NCBI GenBank assembly: GCA_007571135.1
Contig: RKRY01000163.1
Location: forward strand, 1 to 40,540
DNA length: 40,540 nt
Source: Nitrosopumilus sp.
Lineage (GTDB): Archaea > Thermoproteota > Nitrososphaeria > Nitrososphaerales > Nitrosopumilaceae
Direction of reading: 5' to 3'
Shown: in pieces, positions 8,721 through 16,674 of the stretch
How the letters are laid out: each line of letters begins with the position of its first letter
How positions within the stretch are numbered: position 1 is the stretch's first letter
Made by a program: the position numbers and the translations under genes
Notes under the pieces: generated by a model
What the model was told of the DNA's origin: nothing
The model's database searches: none
What the model saw: only the letters and a program-made list of their open reading frames with translations

Positions 8721-10334
8721 ATGCTAAATAGCAATATACCACGTAGCGAATTAGAAGGTTCTCTAAGTCCATATTGGGATTCGTTGAATTTTATACTTAA
8801 AGATCTATACCCAAGTGGAGATTTCGATATAGAAAAGAAGGAGGTGTTAGGCACCCTTCATCATTCTCTCAACATATCAGCGTACAAGAAACCAGAATTT
8901 CGTGCGAATCTACTCAGATATGCAGATCCAAAAACACGATCACGATTTTTCCAAGAAGTTGGACTAAATCCCCAAAATACGCAGAATCTAGACATATTAA
9001 TTCAGCATGCAGCAAAACTAGAATGGGGACACAACAAAGAAACACGAATGTTTATCGACATATTTGGTTACGAAGATAATCTATTACCTAGTAAAATACC
9101 TGTTCAAGAAACAGAGTACACTATTACATCTAAAGATCCGCTCAGAATGCTCAAGGAATATCAAAGCAAGATATTCTTTGAAGGAATGCACTTGGCCGAA
9201 AACCCTTGGACGCGTTTTATCATTAAAATGCCTACAGGTGCTGGAAAGACACGGACAGCGTTAGAAATTGTAAGTACTTTTTTGAATTCGGGAATAGAAC
9301 AAAATATGAAGAGACAGGTGGTGTGGCTTGCGGATCGAGAAGAGTTATGCGAACAAGCGATAAAATCCATGAATACGATATGGTCACACGTAGGCAAGGA
9401 TGATCTACACATATATCGGATATGGAACAAACATACTCCAACTAGTTTCAAGCCTAACGCGTTTATTGTTAGCATGTATCAAAAACTCAAAAATTTGGTA
9501 GATTCGGATAATTTTCCTAGACCGGATCTAGTGGTTGCAGATGAGGCTCATAATGTAATAGCACCCACGCATAGTAAAATCATAAGACGTCTTGAAGAAA
9601 ACGGTACTAGAATAATCGGTTTGACTGCAACGCCCGTAAGGGGAATTGATAATCCTGAGAACAAAAAACTGCGCACTTATTTTAATGACAATATTATCGA
9701 AATTGATTCGGGCGATGTAGATAACATATCGTATCTACAGACCCATGGTTATCTTGCATATTGCAATACAGAGACTATAGAATCAAACATAGAATTTACA
9801 TTAAAGGAAAAGGAACGTAGAAAATTTGCAGGCGATCATGACATTCCGCAAGAATTACTTGATAAAATAGCAAATGACAATAAAAGAAACATAGCAATTG
9901 CGAGACGCCTTAAAAGCCTTATACAGGAGAAGAAACAAATTTTGTATTTTGCCCCTAACATATATCAGTCTAAATTAATGTGTGCGATAATCCTGTCTAT
10001 GGGAGTAAATGTAGCACATGTTGACGGTGAGACTCCAATAGAATACAGACGCGATATCATATCCAAATTCAAAGAAGGTAAGATTCAATGCATATGCAAC
10101 GTTCAAGTATTTGCAGTTGGATTTGATGCACCAAATATTGATGTCGTCTTTATTGCACGTCCCACACGCTCCATAGTTTTGCATCAACAAATGATTGGAC
10201 GGGGCATGCGGGGGCCTAGAATGGGAGGAACCAAAAAATTCCAATTGATTCGTGTATTGGATATACTTCCATCAATACAATTAGCGGACGAGTATTTCAT
10301 TGATTTATGGAAGAGTCGTAAATTCTATGATTGA
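8721..10334 (+). CDS. SF2 DEAD/DEAH-box helicase (ResIII-like)
   Basis: MPTGAGKT, DEAH, GLTATP, GFDAPNID and QMIGRGMR motifs; 10 bp after the GHKL gene. Confidence 0.9.
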   Translation: MLNSNIPRSELEGSLSPYWDSLNFILKDLYPSGDFDIEKKEVLGTLHHSLNISAYKKPEFRANLLRYADPKTRSRFFQEVGLNPQNTQNLDILIQHAAKLEWGHNKETRMFIDIFGYEDNLLPSKIPVQETEYTITSKDPLRMLKEYQSKIFFEGMHLAENPWTRFIIKMPTGAGKTRTALEIVSTFLNSGIEQNMKRQVVWLADREELCEQAIKSMNTIWSHVGKDDLHIYRIWNKHTPTSFKPNAFIVSMYQKLKNLVDSDNFPRPDLVVADEAHNVIAPTHSKIIRRLEENGTRIIGLTATPVRGIDNPENKKLRTYFNDNIIEIDSGDVDNISYLQTHGYLAYCNTETIESNIEFTLKEKERRKFAGDHDIPQELLDKIANDNKRNIAIARRLKSLIQEKKQILYFAPNIYQSKLMCAIILSMGVNVAHVDGETPIEYRRDIISKFKEGKIQCICNVQVFAVGFDAPNIDVVFIARPTRSIVLHQQMIGRGMRGPRMGGTKKFQLIRVLDILPSIQLADEYFIDLWKSRKFYD

Positions 10335-10383
10335 CGTTGCATTTTTTTGCAAGTTTAAATGCATCTAGTTTACTCATGCTGAC

Positions 10384-10651
10384 CGTAGTGTCTAGGCTAG
10401 ATATTCACTTATCTTGATGGGCCTAGCCTCGACGCTCTCCAACATCTTTTTCATGGATCCCCTCATCTCCTCCATGCTCTCGTACAGCTGGTTCCACGTA
10501 GCCTTCTGACAGGCGTCAATTTCCACAAAAATCAACATTCCGCACCTGCTTTCCCTGGTTTTTCACGGCATATCGGGATGCGCCGTGGTCATGCCTTTCG
10601 ATCAGTCTTTGTCGGCACAATGATAAGTGATTGTTAATCATAAACACTACG
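10384..10651 (-). mobile_element. 268-bp internally deleted IS630-like element (MITE)
   Basis: 30-bp imperfect TIRs (cgtagtgtctaggctagatattcacttatc vs cgtagtgtttatgattaacaatcacttatc). Minus strand encodes KATWNQLYESMEEMRGSMKKML...YLA*, similar to the transposase fragment at 38508-38593. Second copy starts at 40444. Confidence 0.75.
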
Positions 10652-10714
10652 GGCTTTCCATGTGATAGTGCGGACCTGATCCCTTTTAGATCGTTGGATC
10701 AAAATTGTATGACA

Positions 10715-10888
10715 TTATGCGTGACTTAACCGATTACGCCTCTTGGGTGTCGTGTCTGTCCTGCTGCAGAACAGGTTCAGGTGTCTTAAACGCACACCTG
10801 CATTGAGTTTGCTTGAACGGCTCAAATTTTCATACCACCTTCGTATGTCGTCATCTGCAAGCAGATCCTTTACTGGTTTCTTTGCCAT
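10715..10888 (-). pseudogene. Truncated N-terminus of an archaeal tyrosine recombinase/integrase
   Basis: MAKKPVKDLLADDDIRRWYENLSRSSKLNAGVRLRHLNLFCSRTDTTPK resembles the 'vrrWy.nl.r.S..ta.v.lr.L..Fc....tP' N-terminus of archaeal integrases. It is cut by the IS end at 10737 and lies downstream of the tRNA 3' end. Confidence 0.65.
10721..10737. mobile_element. Solo terminal repeat of the 133-bp IS1-like MITE family
   Basis: gtgacttaaccgattac is identical to the end of the element at 38375-38507. Confidence 0.7.
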
Positions 10889-11072
10889 CGGCTTCCAAGA
10901 CCGAGTTTTATTTAAGGCGTCTTTTTTCTGACTGTTTGTATTCTGCCCGCTGTCACTACGGACAGTTTCGTCATCTGCCCCTACTCTGCTTACTTTTTTT
11001 GATCCGGTTTGCTTTCGAACTGCCTCTTCTTTTTCCGGGCTGTTTTTGATTCTTTGTTTGTTTTGCCCTGAG

Positions 11073-11166
11073 CATAGTGTCTAGGTTACATGTTGGAACA
11101 TCTTGACAGACTACTTGGCTAGAGAATACTATTCATTGTGTTCCAATTTTAGACCAAGTCACTACG
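11073..11166. mobile_element. 94-bp MITE (family B, IS630-like ends)
   Basis: Nearly identical to 38594-38687; bipartite TIR (c[a/g]tagtg...ttggaaca). Confidence 0.85.
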
Positions 11167-11182
11167 GAATCACTCCGTCCTC

Positions 11183-11261
11183 TAGTATGTTGCACAACTT
11201 GCTTTTCAAAGCCATATTTGGTCAAGATTATCCTAATTTAGGCAGGTTATGCAACATGCTA
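11183..11261. mobile_element. 79-bp MITE family A, copy 1
   Basis: 20-bp TIR tagtatgttgcacaacttgc / gcaggttatgcaacatgcta; 8-bp TSD ccgtcctc at 11175-11182 and 11262-11269. Confidence 0.93.
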
Positions 11262-11301
11262 CCGTCCTCCCCTCGGACTCGTCTTCCCGGATATTTGAGA
11301 A

Positions 11302-11393
11302 CGGGCTTGGAGGGCTTCGATCCCTCGACCTGTAACTTAGGAGGCTACCACGCTATCCATACTGCGCGTCATTTGACTCTGCGCCACAAGCCC
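11302..11393 (-). tRNA. tRNA-Arg(CCT) with 17-nt non-canonical D-loop intron (11362-11378)
   Basis: Acceptor GGGCTTG/CAAGCCC; anticodon arm GTAGC-CT-CCT-AA-GTTAC; T arm GAGGG-ATCGAAG-CCCTC. Removing AGTCAAATGACGCGCAG restores a 75-nt tRNA. Confidence 0.9.
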
Positions 11394-11417
11394 AGCGAAA
11401 AAAACATTCCTAATTAT

Positions 11418-12128
11418 TTAAGCGTAATCAAGATTCTCTCTAATTAATTTTGCAATATTTCTCCAATCAGAATCCTCTCGTTGGTTCCATTTTTCAAAGT
11501 ATATTACATCCTTGAGTTCTAATCGCGGTAGCCATCCTGCAGTTTCAAGATCTGGCTTGTCTGCAAACTCGTTTACATATCCTAAACACAGGTATGCAAC
11601 AGGAACAACGTGTTCGGGCAAATCGAGAGCCTGCTTTAGGGTATAATTTGACAAGATACTTACCCACCCCAATCCTACTCCTTCCGTTCTGGCTGCCAAC
11701 CATAAATTCTGAATTGCACAACAGACACTGTATAGGCCAGCTTCGGGAATGCTTGAACGCCCAATTACAAAAGGACCAAATTTTGATGGATCATACGTAA
11801 CACATAGGTTTACAGGAGACTTTAAAATCCCCTCTAGTTTGAACGCCAAGTATTCTGATCTCTTTGGTTCTTCAACCAGTCGAGACGAACGATCCTTTTC
11901 TTCTTCAAATGATTTCTTTATCTTCTTTTTAGTCTCGGAATCTTTGATTAGAATAAAATTCCATGGCTGGGAAAATCCCACGGACGGAGCATGGTGTGCC
12001 GCATGTAGAATCTTTGCTAACTTTTCGTCTTCTATGGCCTTTGATATAAAATGAGATCTTACATCTCTTCTGGAATAGATCGCCTTGTAGAATCCATTTT
12101 TTTCAGCTTCAGTAAAATCTCCAGTCAA
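11418..12128 (-). CDS. bluB: 5,6-dimethylbenzimidazole synthase
   Basis: RRDVRSHF, AAHHAPSVGFSQPWNF, YSVCCAIQNLWLAARTEGVGLGWVSI, YLCLGY. Confidence 0.93.
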   Translation of the reverse strand: MTGDFTEAEKNGFYKAIYSRRDVRSHFISKAIEDEKLAKILHAAHHAPSVGFSQPWNFILIKDSETKKKIKKSFEEEKDRSSRLVEEPKRSEYLAFKLEGILKSPVNLCVTYDPSKFGPFVIGRSSIPEAGLYSVCCAIQNLWLAARTEGVGLGWVSILSNYTLKQALDLPEHVVPVAYLCLGYVNEFADKPDLETAGWLPRLELKDVIYFEKWNQREDSDWRNIAKLIRENLDYA

Positions 12129-12228
12129 TCATATCGCGCCTTATTTTTTCTTATTCATTCTTTTACACACTTAAATCTTAGAATCTTTCCGGCTTTCGGC
12201 TTTCAAGTTGATGCCTAATTGTGGGAAG

Positions 12229-12307
12229 TAGTGTGTTGCACAACTTGTTTTTCAAAGCCATTTTTGGCCAAGATTATCCTAATTTAGGCAGGTTATGCAA
12301 TATGCTA
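12229..12307. mobile_element. 79-bp MITE family A, copy 2
   Basis: Near-identical to copy 1; 8-bp TSD gtgggaag at 12221-12228 and 12308-12315. Confidence 0.93.
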
Positions 12308-12345
12308 GTGGGAAGTGGTTCTTGTTTGATTTTATCCTTTTGTGG

Positions 12346-12594
12346 TCAGAGCCGTCCATTTTTCGCCATTATGTATTGCAATCGGATCAGATGACACTCA
12401 ATTCTGCAAGATCCTTGAATGCGATTTGTGCATGAATTTGGATGGCGGATACTGTCAACGTACTTCATGAGGCATGGAACGGTTGGCTGTTTGTGCCCTG
12501 TCCAAATATAGGAGGAAATCGTGTGGCAAACTGCCGATCTGTGTGCACCAAGCCATAAAAGATGTGGATGGTGCGGCCTGCCTCGGGTTTTCAA
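12346..12594 (-). pseudogene. Possible decayed IS1595-like transposase fragment
   Basis: SY...H...TV....YVD.......CTNRIQG loosely resembles the IS1595 sY..H.tVnH..yv....hTN.IEg motif; weak. Confidence 0.25.
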
Positions 12595-12654
12595 TCTGGA
12601 TAATCTTAGACTGTTAAACGTTAATAATGCTGGTACCTAGTTTTGTACTTCAAT

Positions 12655-12728
12655 GGGCCGGTAGTCTAGCTGGTTAGGATACCGCCTCGACACGGCGGTG
12701 ATCGTGAGTTCGAATCTCTCTCGGCCCA
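12655..12728 (+). tRNA. tRNA-Val(GAC)
   Basis: GGGCCGG/TCGGCCC acceptor, CCGCC-TC-GAC-AC-GGCGG anticodon arm, GTTCGAAT T loop; 74 nt. Confidence 0.92.
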
Positions 12729-12732
12729 CTTC

Positions 12733-13230
12733 TTACTTTAATTCACTCCTGAATTCCTTCTCGACTATACTCCAAGAAGTTTCAGTGGTGATACTACCGT
12801 CAGATGAGAAGTTTGTAATTTCATTATTGATCATAGAGTCATAAATTTCTGCGTTTTCTTCTGACATGCTGAATACAAACGTACTTTTCAGCGGAACCTG
12901 GGCACCTGGATAAAACACCGCTCTTCCAGGCAATGCAATATCTGTAGTGGAATACTGTCCTGAACCCAGCAAGGCACCATCACCATACAATTGGTATCCT
13001 ATTTGCGAAACTGTAAATGTCTTCTCACTTGGATTTGTTACAAGAAAAGTCACATCATACTTTGCTTGATTCTTCAACGTATTTACATCTCTTAATTCAA
13101 CACTTACCAATTCAATATCTGCCTGCTCAAGCTGAGCATTATCTAAACTGGCATAATAGACAATTCCACCCATTAATGCTAAAACTCCTGCTATTGCTAC
13201 ATATACTGTCATTTTACTTTGTAATGCCAT
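12733..13230 (-). CDS. Membrane-anchored LEA type 2 / WHy-domain-like protein
   Basis: N-terminal TM helix; VTFLVTNPS...I.YQLYGDG..LGSG beta-sandwich pattern. Confidence 0.65.
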   Translation of the reverse strand: MALQSKMTVYVAIAGVLALMGGIVYYASLDNAQLEQADIELVSVELRDVNTLKNQAKYDVTFLVTNPSEKTFTVSQIGYQLYGDGALLGSGQYSTTDIALPGRAVFYPGAQVPLKSTFVFSMSEENAEIYDSMINNEITNFSSDGSITTETSWSIVEKEFRSELK

Positions 13231-13280
13231 TTCAACGGTATCATCTTATGTACAACTAAAAAAGGTTGTCTAGACTAGTA

Positions 13281-13360
13281 GTATCTGTTCAACAACTTGT
13301 TTTTCAAAGCCATTTTTGATCAGGCCTATCTTAATCTAGGCGGGGTTATGAGACAGGCTC
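13281..13360. mobile_element. MITE family A, diverged copy 3
   Basis: Core caacttgtttttcaaagccattttt...tatcttaatctaggc matches the family; no clear TSD. Confidence 0.8.
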
Positions 13361-13402
13361 TAGATCCAAATACATAATATCTGATTTTGAATATCAGGTT
13401 TT

Positions 13403-13900
13403 ATGGCTGCCTTAGAACAAGCAATCCTGACATGGATTCACCTAGTATCGGCAGCCATCTGGGTTGGCGGTTCACTGTTTATTGGTATTGTATTCTCCCC
13501 AATTCTGAAAACCATGTCAAATTCTGTTGAAGAAAGAATGCAAATAATGATCCGTGTTGGAAGACGATTTAACAAAATAGCTGTCCCATCACTAATTATT
13601 CTAATATCTACGGGACTTTATACGTCCCACCAACTACTAAGCAAACCAGGTATTCTTGTTGAGACCAGTTATGGAAATTTTCTAATTATAAAAATTATCC
13701 TAGTCACCTTACTTGTCATCACTTATGCAGTTCATGTACGAATCATTCGAAAAGATGTAGAAGACAAAATTATGTCAAGCAAGCTGTCTGAAGAGCAAAT
13801 TCAAAAACTAAGAAAAAACATCATCATTCTCGGCGAGGCTACAGCTGTCTTATCCGTGGCAATCTTGTTCTTTGCGGCATTACTTGACGCTGGAGTGTGA
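13403..13900 (+). CDS. CopD family copper resistance membrane protein
   Basis: WIHLVSAAIWVGG, RRFNKIA, STGLY, YG..LIIKIILV. Confidence 0.85.
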   Translation: MAALEQAILTWIHLVSAAIWVGGSLFIGIVFSPILKTMSNSVEERMQIMIRVGRRFNKIAVPSLIILISTGLYTSHQLLSKPGILVETSYGNFLIIKIILVTLLVITYAVHVRIIRKDVEDKIMSSKLSEEQIQKLRKNIIILGEATAVLSVAILFFAALLDAGV

Positions 13901-14899
13901 CACTCCTTCAATAATTACCTTGTAACCGGCAGGTATTTTTCCTATTCCGTATCTGCATCCTGTGATCGTTGATGCCACAAACAAGTTTGTCTCCAAATGC
14001 GAAGTGACCTCCCTTACTTCAAAAGTCGTTTTACCCGCTGCTAAACTAGCCGGCACCACTAACATATCTGCTAAATTCTCATCTATTGCAAACGAATTCC
14101 CCAAAAATCCCTCTGCATCAAAATCAAAATTCCCACTTTTCTTGTCAAATAGGGAATCCATTCCAAAAACCGTTCTTTTATCAACTGCGTATACTAGCAA
14201 TGAGGATCCAGAATCAATTGCCTCCTCTTTTGCCATCTTGATATCTACTGCAAGATTTCCATTCAATTCCTTTGCAATCTTTTTTATCCCCTCTGAAACT
14301 TTCTCACGGGGCATGTTTGAGTATGTGCATAGCATTGTAATGCTGTTTGACGTTTGCTTTGAAAATGAGATTGCCGTTACTTTGGAAGGAAAGACTTTCA
14401 GCTTTATCTCTCCCCCACCCTTTGGAAAATACCCCCTTTTGATTACCTTCAATGAGAATTCCAAACCCATTCTTCTAAGAGCCTCCTTCAAAATTTTCTT
14501 TGAATAATTAATTGTTGGACTCCACAAGACATCCGTTCCACCCTTAACCCGTACCTCCAATTTTTCTTCTAAGATTGTGGCAAGGGGAATAATTGTCTGC
14601 AAAATCAGCGAAACACTGCCGGCCGTTCCCACATCTTCGTTTAACGTTTGGACCTTGATCTCCTTTGGAATGAATTTTAACTTAGTTGATCCAACCTCAT
14701 TCCCAACAACCTTGGCATTTGAAATCTTTTGTAACATTTTGACAGCTGCAACATGCTGCGGTCTGAGTCCTGGAATTTTCCTGTTTCTTCGAATATCTTC
14801 AATATGTACCGGTTTTTTTGTAACACAAGACAGCGTTATTGCTGAACGAACAATCTGTCCTCCGCCTTCGTGCGATCCGTTAATTTCTACAAAATCCAC
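13880..14899 (-). CDS. rtcA: RNA 3'-terminal phosphate cyclase
   Basis: EGGGQIVRSA, PGLRPQH, GGTDV.WSP, RGYFPKGGGE, HLETN. Confidence 0.93.
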   Translation of the reverse strand: MDFVEINGSHEGGGQIVRSAITLSCVTKKPVHIEDIRRNRKIPGLRPQHVAAVKMLQKISNAKVVGNEVGSTKLKFIPKEIKVQTLNEDVGTAGSVSLILQTIIPLATILEEKLEVRVKGGTDVLWSPTINYSKKILKEALRRMGLEFSLKVIKRGYFPKGGGEIKLKVFPSKVTAISFSKQTSNSITMLCTYSNMPREKVSEGIKKIAKELNGNLAVDIKMAKEEAIDSGSSLLVYAVDKRTVFGMDSLFDKKSGNFDFDAEGFLGNSFAIDENLADMLVVPASLAAGKTTFEVREVTSHLETNLFVASTITGCRYGIGKIPAGYKVIIEGVSHSSVK

Positions 14900-14951
14900 A
14901 TTTTCTTTGTAAAATTACCGCTTATGATAGTTTTTTTAAAAACAATTTTTT

Positions 14952-15455
14952 ATGATGAGCATGGATGGTTTGCTAATTGGAAGGTTCCAGCCATTTCATC
15001 TAGGCCATCTTGATGCATTAAGATTTGCGCTATCAAAAGTTGAAAACTTGTGGTTGGGATTGGGAAGTTCAAATAAACCACAAGAGAAAGACAACCCGTT
15101 TTCAGCTGAGGAAAGAAAGGAAATGATCTTATCCTCGATTGATGACTTGATGAAAGAAAAGATCTCGATCTATTTTATTCCTGACTTGGATGATCATGTC
15201 AAATGGGTTGAAATGATAGATGACGCTGTTCCTCAATTTCATATCGTGTTCTCAAATGATCCACTAACGGGCCACCTATACTCAAAGAGGCCTGTCCAGA
15301 TTGTTTCCATACCTTTCTTGAATAGGGACGATCTTTCTGGAACCAATATTAGAAATTTGATTGTCAGCGATCAGCAATGGAGCCATCTGGTTCCTGAAGG
15401 CACAAAAAATTTCTTGATCCAAAATAGTGCCAAAGATCGCTTGAAGAATATCTAA
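14952..15455 (+). CDS. nadM: Nicotinamide-nucleotide adenylyltransferase
   Basis: GRFQPFHLGH, NPFSAEER, SGTNIR. Confidence 0.92.
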   Translation: MMSMDGLLIGRFQPFHLGHLDALRFALSKVENLWLGLGSSNKPQEKDNPFSAEERKEMILSSIDDLMKEKISIYFIPDLDDHVKWVEMIDDAVPQFHIVFSNDPLTGHLYSKRPVQIVSIPFLNRDDLSGTNIRNLIVSDQQWSHLVPEGTKNFLIQNSAKDRLKNI

Positions 15456-15493
15456 TTATAAATAAACCCGAATGCTATTCACACTAGTCAATT

Positions 15494-16639
15494 ATGGAAT
15501 ATCTCTCAATGCTTCCCGGCCCTACAAATGTGCCTAATCGCGTCATGAGGGCAATGCTTGCGCCAATCATCAATCACCGCAGTGATGATTTTGTGGACCT
15601 GTACACTGATGTAATTGACAAAACTCAGCAAGTTTTTGAAACCAGAAATGACATTGTGGCATTATCGTCATCGGGAACCGGAGCCGTTGAAGCAGGCGTT
15701 GTAAATCTTGTCAAGAAAGGCGACAAAGTAATAATTCCAGTAAATGGGGAATTTAGTAACAGGCTGTCTCAATTAATTGAAGGCCAAGGCGCAAATGTTG
15801 TTAAACTCGAAACTCCGCCGGGTGAAAACGCAACATTTGATCAGGTAAAAGAGGCATTTGACAACAACAAAGATGTTAAAGCATTCTATGTAGTTCACAA
15901 TGAAACATCCACCGGTACCATGGTGAATTATCTCGATAGGGTATCTGATTTAACTTCGAGAAACGACGCATTTTACGTAGTTGATTCTGTATCTCTTTTG
16001 GGCGGTGCGCCACTTCCGGTTGATAAATGGAATATTGATGTATGCATGACCGGTGCCCAGAAAGCAATTGCGGCTCCTCCGGGAATCTCACCGATTTCTG
16101 TTAGCGCAAAAGCCAAAAGATACATGATTGAGAATCCTCCAGACACGATGTACTTTAATCTGGCAAGATACTTTAGGTATTATGATGAAGAAAGACATAC
16201 TCCTTTCACACCGGCATTACCGTTGCTTTATGCATACAGAGAAGCGTTATCGATCCTGTTGGAGGAAGGATTGTCAAATGTCTTTAAAAGACACAAAATA
16301 TGCTCTGCCGCCTTGTATTCTGGTCTAAGCGCAATGGGCCTCTCACCGTTTGCAAAAGAGGAGGATCGTTCAATTTCTATTGTTGCATTAAATTATCTGG
16401 ATGGTCTTGAAGACAAGACATTTAGAAATACTCTTGCAAATAAGTTCAAAGTTTTAGTTGCAGGCGGATTTGGAAATCTTAAAGGCAGGGTTTTCAGAGT
16501 TGGGTGTATGGGAGAAGTTGGCCCTTATCATGTCATGAGAACGATCTCTGCAATCTCATCAACCTTGGCAATGATGGGTTATGATATAGATGCCCAGGCA
16601 GGACTCAAAACTGCCGAAGACAAACTCAAAGCTCTCTGA
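15494..16639 (+). CDS. Class V PLP aminotransferase (alanine/serine-glyoxylate type)
   Basis: PGPTNVP, HNETSTG, VDSVS, GAQKAIAAPPG, TPFTP, FRVGCMG. Confidence 0.92.
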   Translation: MEYLSMLPGPTNVPNRVMRAMLAPIINHRSDDFVDLYTDVIDKTQQVFETRNDIVALSSSGTGAVEAGVVNLVKKGDKVIIPVNGEFSNRLSQLIEGQGANVVKLETPPGENATFDQVKEAFDNNKDVKAFYVVHNETSTGTMVNYLDRVSDLTSRNDAFYVVDSVSLLGGAPLPVDKWNIDVCMTGAQKAIAAPPGISPISVSAKAKRYMIENPPDTMYFNLARYFRYYDEERHTPFTPALPLLYAYREALSILLEEGLSNVFKRHKICSAALYSGLSAMGLSPFAKEEDRSISIVALNYLDGLEDKTFRNTLANKFKVLVAGGFGNLKGRVFRVGCMGEVGPYHVMRTISAISSTLAMMGYDIDAQAGLKTAEDKLKAL

Positions 16640-16674
16640 ATCCTGTTAACTTAATATAAGGAAATTCGAGATCG

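Noticed and set aside
11103-11447. 114-aa ORF in the track
   Set aside because: It is built from two MITEs and the antisense strand of tRNA-Arg.
11183-13360. Family A repeats as a CRISPR array
   Set aside because: Copies are 79 bp, dispersed about 1 kb or more apart, and have TIRs and TSDs; there are no regular spacers or cas genes.
15494-16639. Class V PLP enzyme as the missing SspA cysteine desulfurase
   Set aside because: Its motifs are of the alanine/serine-glyoxylate aminotransferase type, no desulfurase catalytic Cys loop is evident, and it lies in core context.
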